DNA of 64,000 nucleotides from the human T2T-CHM13v2.0 reference genome, Homo sapiens, in assembly GCF_009914755.1 (NCBI RefSeq), contig NC_060930.1. One strand, given 5' to 3'. Positions 56,352 to 64,000 of this stretch are shown here, piece by piece (position 1 is the stretch's first letter; the number at the start of each line of letters is the position of its first letter). Made by a program: the position numbers and the translations under genes. The notes below the pieces were generated by a model. That model ran no database searches and was not told the DNA's origin. It worked only from the letters and a program-made list of their open reading frames with translations.

Positions 56352-56583
56352 CTCAGGGAGCCCCAGTCTGATGGAGACACAGCCCCGTCCTCAGGGAGCC
56401 CCAGTCTGAGGGGAGACACAGCTGCATCCTCAGGGAGCACCAGTCTGAGGGAGACACAGCCTCGTTCTCAGGGAGCCCCAGTCTGAGGGGAGACAGAGCC
56501 CCGAGCTCAGGGAGCCCCAGTCTGAGGGGAGACACAGCCCAGTCCTCAGGTAGCCCCAGTCTGAGGGGAGAAGCAGCCGCAGT
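56352..56583 (+). repeat. 38-39-bp minisatellite, 6 copies
   Basis: Unit ctcagggagccccagtctgaggggagacacagccccgtc, starting at 56352, 56390, 56429, 56467, 56506 and 56545. Confidence 0.95.
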
Positions 56584-57772
56584 CTGGAGTGGAGAGAGAC
56601 TCCACCTCTAGCGTCTTGGATGGGCTATTCCTGTCCCTCCCTGCCGCTGTCTTTCTGCCTCTCTATTCCTTTTTCTCTCTCATGTAAGTGCATTCACACA
56701 AACACATCTACACACACACAACCATATGCAGACATTCAGAAAGAAGTCTTAAAAGCACTCAAGACTACATCTCAATATCTGTGAAGAGCATAGCTCAAAC
56801 TCCAAGCACAAGACCAAACCCACCTCTCTGACTGTGTCGTGAGTCAGGAAAGTCCTTGAGGTTGAGCTGCCAAGAGTGAGGTCCAAGCCTCACTGGAACT
56901 CACGGGCTTTGAATCCTGTTGCACCCTCTGAGGGTTTGAGAGTGAGAGCCCTCACCTGCTGACCTATCCTCATCTGCATGGTAACTTTCTAGCTCTGATA
57001 CTGGGTCAGACTGCAGAGGAAGCAGATCCTGAGGACTAGGAGCACTTAAAGTGACTGAGAACATCGAGGGATGGGGTGATGTGGGATAGTGAGGCTGACC
57101 ACCCAGCTGTCCAAGCTCCCTATGGGAGGCCAGGCCAAGAAGTAAAGAATACCCCCGCCCTCGTACCTCCCTCACACACATGCTTGTCTTAACTCCCAGA
57201 GCCCTGGGCGCCAACAGGAGTTAGCACCCTCCAAGGTTCTGTCCCATGGTTCTTGTTTGGGCCTCTGTGCAGGGGGGGGTCAAGGGCCTGGGCAGGAGGG
57301 ACCCTAAATGGGTTCTGGTCCAATAATATTTGGAAACTACCCTTTTTGTCACTTGCATGACCCTAGTCACTTTCTGTTGCAAGAAAAGGGACACCCCAAT
57401 TCATTCATAAACATCATGGAAAGCAGAAGAATTAACACTGTTCAAATGAGAGGTGGAAGAAAGGAAGAATTCATGAGTGATCTAGGGACGTAGAGAAGCT
57501 CCGAAATCAACTTTTCTAGCACTCTTTAAACTCAAGACTGATTCCCTTCCTTGCAGTCTGGTCCAGAGGCAGAGGGATGAAACACTGACATCTCTAACTC
57601 CTAAGGCTCAAAGTGGCAAGATCACCTATCCCTCAGGGACAGTCACGCTGCCAGTGATGTGGAGCTCACTCTCTCTAAGCTCCCCTGGCTTTGCTAGACG
57701 GCCCTGTGTGGTGGGATTTGGAATGTGAGGCTGCTGGGACCCCTGTCCTCCACCTGGTCACAGGTGACTCTA

Positions 57773-58878
57773 GCAAAGAAGAAGGTGGCGTGCTGAGCCA
57801 TGCGTTCCATTTTACAATGAGCCCCAGAGTCTTCCTGGCTGAGACTGGGAGCTCCTTCTTGAAAGACGGATTTCACAGATGAGATTTTGCTCTGAAGTGG
57901 CCCCATTGTGCTTCCAGACGGCACAAGGGAGGTGGGGGTAGTGCGGTGAGGAGGCTTGGCTCTGGGCTGTGCTGTGATGAAGGTACATTCGCCAAGGGCG
58001 CTGCCTGGTCCCATCAACAGGGTGGGGGTGGGAGGCGGGTGTCCGGGCCTGGCATGATGCCTCTTGCCTTGGCATTTCCCACGCCTGGATTATGGTTCAG
58101 CCAGACTTCCTGTGCAGGTCTGGCCAGTCCTGAGCCCTGGGGGGCAGCGGAAGGTGTGTATGCCCTAGGGCTATGCTGCCTGTCTGGTGGACAAACAAGA
58201 TGTTTATTCAGTGAAGGCAAAAGGAGAAGCCCAGGGATGAAGCTGCTGGTGCCCTAGCCCTTCCTTCCTGCCTTCCCCCTCCCAATGCCACACACACCCC
58301 AATCCAAAGCTCAGAGCACTAGAGTCAGAGCCCCAGGAAGACACACAGGCACACCCAGATGTCAACACTGAGGACCCCATGGGCAGACAGACACACAGCA
58401 CACACATACACCCACCGTACAACAAGGGAAACTCTGTGGACAAGTCTATGTTCTCTTTTCTGATATAACCTTCCTACACACATAGCCTTTGTGTTTTAAA
58501 GTCAATTAACCCTGGAAAAACAAAGTTAAAGGGGTGGCGCCGGTCCAAGAGTGTCACAGCAGCCACCAGTGCCAAGACGGAGAATTGGCCTTGAGAGGGT
58601 AGGAGGTGGTGGCTGGCAGCAAGGGCAGGGCATCCAGGGTACAGTTGCCAGGTTTGTGGTGTGGCGCCTCTGGGGTGGACAGATTGGGCCTTGATCTTGG
58701 ATGCTGTCCTGGGAGGCTAATAGGATGAAAGACCTACCTCCCCAGACTAAAGAGCCAGGCTCTGGGGCAAAGAAGAAGGTGGCGTGCTGAGCCATGCGTT
58801 CCATTTTACAGGGAGACCCAGAGCCTTCCTGGCTGAGACTGGGAGCTCCTTCTGGAAAGACAGATTTCACAGATGAGA
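57773..58878 (+). repeat. Dispersed 112-bp direct duplication (57773-57884 and 58767-58878)
   Basis: gcaaagaagaaggtggcgtgctgagccatgcg...ttcacagatgaga occurs twice, 6 mismatches by manual count. Confidence 0.95.
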
Positions 58879-59239
58879 GGCAGAACAGAGCAGAGCAGGG
58901 AAGTGGACAGATGGACTCCTAGAGGGAATCTGGGGCCCTCTAGGGCTATGCTACCCACAAGTGTGGTTCATGCACCAGCAGCATCTTAGAAATGCAGAAT
59001 CTTGGGCCAACCCAGACCTACTGAATCAGAGACTGGTTATTCATATACATATGAAAGTTTCTGAGGCACCTCTCTAGGAGCTTCCTGGACCCTGGATGAG
59101 AGTTTTCCCCTGGGTAAGTCATGGATTACAACATCACTCCTGGTAGACTGTACTCTTGGGTTTGGAAGACACCTTAGGAGGTCAGCCCAGCTATTTCCCA
59201 AGCTCCAGGTGGGGTTACAGCCCTGGCCTTTCAGGTGGA

Positions 59240-59540
59240 TTCATTCATTCATTTCACACGTTTGCTGTGGCACCATTCCAGGCATTAGGGATCAAACAAT
59301 AAGTAAAAGCCAGACCTGGTCTCTGCCCTTTTGGAGCTCTCAGTCTAGTGGGACTGACAGGTAAGATTTTCCTGAAGAAGTGTCGCTTGAGTTGCATTTT
59401 GAAAAGGTCAACTTGGTGAAAAGAGGAGAGAAGCATATTTTAGGCAGTGGAACAGCTCATGTAAAGGCCCTGAGGCGAAACAGTGTATGGCTGGTTTTTA
59501 GAACTGAAAGGTCAGTGTGGCCAGGGAGCAGAGAGTGGGG
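59240..59540 (-). mobile_element. L2 fragment
   Basis: ttcattcattcatt...ggtctctgcccttttggagctctcagtctagtgggg. Confidence 0.7.
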
Positions 59541-59839
59541 AAGACCCTTGCATCTGATGAGATGAGTGCCTCCAGTAAGGTCTCTGTGCCTGCCATACCC
59601 TTTGATTAGTAGGTTACGGAGAACCTTAGGATATTAGAAAGTGAAGGAACCTTGGCCTTCATTCAGGCCAATGCTTTGAACCTGGCTTCAAGCCTCAGCT
59701 CCATTATAAATTAACTGTAAATGTGACCTTGGGTCATTGTTTTCTCATCCGAAAAATATCCAGTCAGGGGTGCAAGAAGTGACACCTACTTCGTCTAGAC
59801 TAGGAGGGTGTCACAGAAGGCTTCATCAAGGAGCTATTT

Positions 59840-60282
59840 TTATTAGGACACATAATAGGCTGCTATAAAAAGAGACTGCAAATACAGAGACTTAAACAAG
59901 AAACACTTTGATTTCTCTCTCATGTAAACGTCTGAGTAGATGGTCCACAATATGGCAACTCAATGGTGGGGGAAGCCATGTGCCTTCTGCCTTATTGCAT
60001 GGCCACCTTCAGCATATAGCTTCTGTTTCATATGGTCCAAAGTGATTGTTCCAGCTCCTGCCATCACATTTGCACTCCTCTTCCTTTTAAAGGCACTATC
60101 CAGAGGTTGCACACGCCATGTCTGCTCATATCTCGTTGGGACATAAGTCAGTCATGTGACCACATGTAGCTGCAAGGGAGTCTGAGAAATGTAATCTTTA
60201 GCTAGGGAGCCAGCTACAAATTCAATTACTGTGTAAGAATAGGAGAATGAATATTAAGAGGCAACAAGTAGTCTCTGCCACA
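59840..60282 (-). mobile_element. Old MLT1-type LTR
   Basis: agtcatgtgaccacatgtagctgcaagggagtctgagaaatgtaatcttt...agtctctgccaca. Confidence 0.65.
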
Positions 60283-60945
60283 GGGGATGACCCAGGGTTT
60301 GAAGGTGAAGTTGGGAGCCAGGGCTCTCCAAGCTTCTTCTCTGCCTTGAGCTGCCCTAGCCTGCTTCACTGAATTCAACAGGGCCAGGCTCCATCTTGCT
60401 CCATAATCCACCCCTATTCCTGCCAACTTCAGGAAGTCAACTCAGCCTGCAGAGGCTTTGGTAGTGTAGGGTTGCAGTCATGGAGGGTAGGCAGGCCCCA
60501 TCATACCACACGCTGGGTTCTGGGAGGGTTCCCAGCAGGCTGGTAAGTCAGGCTCGAGATTAGGCAGGTTTCCATGCCTCACACTTGTCAGAGGCTACTG
60601 CTGCCACCCTTGCCTTCATGGAAGAGACCAGTCTGGAGTGGGTGGTGGGCTGGCTGTGTTTTCATGACCTGTTCCTGAGCCAGCACCAGGGCTGGTCCCC
60701 ATAGTCAGGTAACCAGCTGGCAGCAGCAGTTGGGATGGCTCAGGAGCTCTTTCCCACCAGGTTATCTGACTCTGAGAAGGCCAAAACAGCCAACACCAGC
60801 AGATTCCAGGGGCTTGGGCCCTGCGGGCTGTCTGGGCAGCTCATCCCAGCCTTTGCTGGCAATGGCTGCCTTTTGGGGCCCCTGCTCTCCATGCTTGTTT
60901 TATCTGAGAAGGGTTAGGGATGGGGTGAAGCAGGGGCTATGGTAG

Positions 60946-61150
60946 AGCAGGGTTTCCCAACTTCAGCATTATTGACATATGGGGCTGGAAAACCCTTTGT
61001 TTGCAGGGGGCCGACCTGGGCATTGTAGGACGTTGAGCAGCATCCCTGGGCTCGACCCATGAGATGCCAGTGGCACCCCTACTCCCTCCCACAAGTTGCC
61101 AAACGTCTCCTGGGAGTGTGGGTGAATCAATCCTGACTGAAAACCACTGG
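60946..61150 (+). mobile_element. MER20
   Basis: cagggtttcccaacttcagcattattgacat...ttgagcagcatccctgg...gaaaaccactg. Confidence 0.75.
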
Positions 61151-62408
61151 TGTTGTTGGAAAAGGTCCTGATGTACCAAAGGAAGAAGTCAGGCATGGAT
61201 GGATGGAGGGAGAGGGAGAGAGAGCAAGAAAGAGAGAGAATGGGGGAAAGGAAAGGGGAGAAACAGGTGGGGGGAGAAAAAAGGGGGAAGGATAGGTACT
61301 GAAAGTGAAAAAATAACATTCAAAAGGAAAATAAAAGGAGAAAATAAAAGAAAGAGGCAAGTTTAGAGAGGCCAGGCCCTAGAAGGCAGGGGCTGGAGGT
61401 AAGGGTTGGGGGATGTCAAGCAAGTCATCAGACCCCAGGGGTTGTTCTGAGGTCTGGAGATGTGATGGGGCAATGTAGGAGCTGGCCTGGGGCAAAGGGG
61501 CCATCTCAGAACTCTAGAGTTGTCAAAATTGAGAACCTGGATTCCCATCCCCTAGCAGCCAGGCCACATAGCAGAGCTTTTAAGGGTCATTCCTTAGCCG
61601 GGATCAGCAGGCAGGCCAGACTCCTCAAGCTTCTCCCAGGTCTCTGGATCTCTTAATGGGGTTAGAATTTGGATGTGGGATCTCTTCAATGTTTCTTTTT
61701 CACCTACAGAGAATTTTCACCAGTGACTGGGCCATTGCATAGAGGCTGACCGCTTTTGGTCTCTGCTATCTCCTAAAACCCCACTCAGATGTTACTGAGA
61801 AGGCATAACCCACAAGGACAAGAAAAGTGAAGTTGTGGGGTAGTCAGCAAAATTCTGGAAACTGAAAAGGGGAAGGACAGTTACTCACCCCCGGGAAGCA
61901 GCTGCACCGTAGCTGCCTGGCCTGGAGGTGGGAGGATGGTCAGGATGGCAATGAAAAGCAGGCTGCTTTGAGCTTCGAGCTTAGGGAGCCTCCAATGGCT
62001 CAGCGCTTGGAAACACTGGATACCTCAGAAGCGGGTGCCAGGGTGGAGGGCTGAGAGGGACTGGCTGGAAGTGAGTGAAGAAGCAGTGAGAGCCCCAGAT
62101 CCCCTCCTACTTCTTGCAAAGCCTTCTCCACTATAGCAGAAGATGGGCTGGCTTATAGAGAGGTTAACACAGGTGAGGCTAGAAATTAAGTGCAAGTCTG
62201 CACACCAAAAGTAGTTTCCCCAAGCCCTTCCCCACTCAGCATCAGAACATTGGAACTGGTTTATATCTCTGAGCAAATTTGAGGGACTCAGCAAATTACT
62301 GGGAAATTGACCCAAGAGAAAGGACCTACAGATGCTGACATTTAGAGGTTTCTCAGTGAAAAAGTGGGCTGGCTACCAAGTTTACTGGGCACCAGCCCTG
62401 TTCACATA

Positions 62409-63234
62409 CAGTCAACCCTCGAACAAGACGGGTTGAACTGTGCAGGTCCACTTATACACGGATCTTCTTCTACCTCTGAGACAGCAAGACCAGCCCCATG
62501 TCTTCCTCCTCCTCATCCTACTCATTGTGAAGATGACCAGGATGAACACATTTATGATGATCCGCTTCCACTTAATAAATAGTAAACAGGCTGGGCATGG
62601 TGGCTCACGTCTGTAATCCTAGCACTTTGGGAGGCCGAGGTGGGTGGATCATGAGGTTAGGAGTTCCAGACCAGCTTGGCCAAGATGGTGAAACCCTGTC
62701 TCTACTAAAAATACAAAAATTAGCCGGGTGTGGTGGCTTGTGCCTGTAATCCCAGCTACGCGGGAGGCTGAGGCAAGGAATTGTTTGAACCTGGGAGGCG
62801 GAGGTTGCAGTGAGCTGAGATTGCGCCACTGCACTCAGAGTGAGACTCAGTCTCAAAAAATAAAATAAATAAATAAATAGTAAACATATTTTCCCTTCCT
62901 CATGATTTTCTTAGCAGCATTCTCTTTTCTCTAGCTTACTTTATTATTAGAATACAGCATATGTCACATATAACACAAAAAATATATGTTAATTGATTGT
63001 TTATGTTATCGGTAAGGTTTCCTGTCAACAGTAGCCTATTAGTAGCTAAGTTCTGGGGAAGACAAAAGTTGTACATGAATTTTCAACTAACATGAGTGTT
63101 CTTGTACACTCCTTATCCTGCACAGGTGTGAATGTGACTGTAGGATAAACTTGTAGAAAGGGATCACACCCTCTTCCCACACTGTCTAACATGCGCATTC
63201 AACCCTAGCCCCCATGTTGTTCAAAGGTCAACTG
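62409..63234 (+). mobile_element. Tigger2-type Tc1/mariner element with TA TSD and an internal Alu (62589-62875)
   Basis: TIRs cagtcaaccctcgaacaa and ttgttcaaaggtcaactg, each flanked by TA. Confidence 0.85.
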
Positions 63235-63374
63235 TAATCAGAGCTTCAGCATTAAATACGAATGGACAACCAAATATCACTAGGTACTGCAAGAGATATG
63301 TGAAAAAGAGAAACCAAAATAAACAAGAAAAAATTGTTTTAAATACTCAAGAGATGGTACATAAAATGGAATAT

Positions 63375-63635
<261 letters not shown>

Positions 63636-63783
63636 AAACAGAATACATATATGCAAATATATCTTTTGTCTCTTTGATATAGTATTCTCAGAAAAATACC
63701 AAAACCTTTGAATAAAGAATAAGATGCTATGAGAAAAAGTAATGTTCACAAAACAAGAAACACTCTTGAAAATTAAAATTATG

Positions 63784-64000
63784 GGCTGGGTGCAGTGGCT
63801 CACGCGTGTAATCCCAACACTTTGGGAGGCCGAGGCAGGCAGATCACCTGAGGTCAGGAGTTCAAGACCAGCCTGACCAACATGGTGAAACCCCATCTCT
63901 ACTAAAAATACAAAAATTAGCTGGGTGTGGTGGCGCACGCCTGTAATCCCAGCTATTCGGGAGGCTGTGGCAGGAGAATTGCTTGAACCCAAGAGGAGGA
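63784..64000 (+). mobile_element. AluS, cut by the window end
   Basis: Alu motifs. Confidence 0.9.

Noticed and set aside
56352-56583. CRISPR-like array
   Set aside because: Eukaryotic tandem repeat without unique spacers or cas genes.

Overview
Primate (human-like) genomic DNA, rich in repeats. The one clearly functional gene is SAYSD1: its first coding exon is on the minus strand (3521-3315) inside a CpG-island promoter. From memory this places the window at human 6p21.2 between GLP1R and KCNK5; no KCNK5 exon is visible. SAYSD1 intron 1 holds the 3' end of an ANKRD18/ANKRD20A-family processed pseudogene. The apparently intergenic 60 kb upstream holds four structures that the ORF track does not explain. 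(1) A chain of about 15 decayed minus-strand exon-like units (about 48.7 kb down to 12.5 kb). By eye and allowing frameshifts they read in colinear order as kringle x3, a possible trefoil, about three AMOP-like units, FN3 x1-2, an N-glycosylated and mucin-like stalk and a possible TM segment. This is a candidate dead multi-domain extracellular or membrane gene (unitary pseudogene). (2) An ancient intronless MIA3/TANGO1 retrocopy (38.9-43.2 kb) split by L1, Alu and MER45 insertions. (3) An L1-mobilised processed HERV-H copy with a 14-bp TSD. (4) A two-LTR HERV-H provirus with a Phe-like PBS and a mutated polyA signal in both LTRs. All domain and family calls come from manual reading and remembered protein sequences, not from searches. 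Repeat subfamily names and boundaries are approximate.
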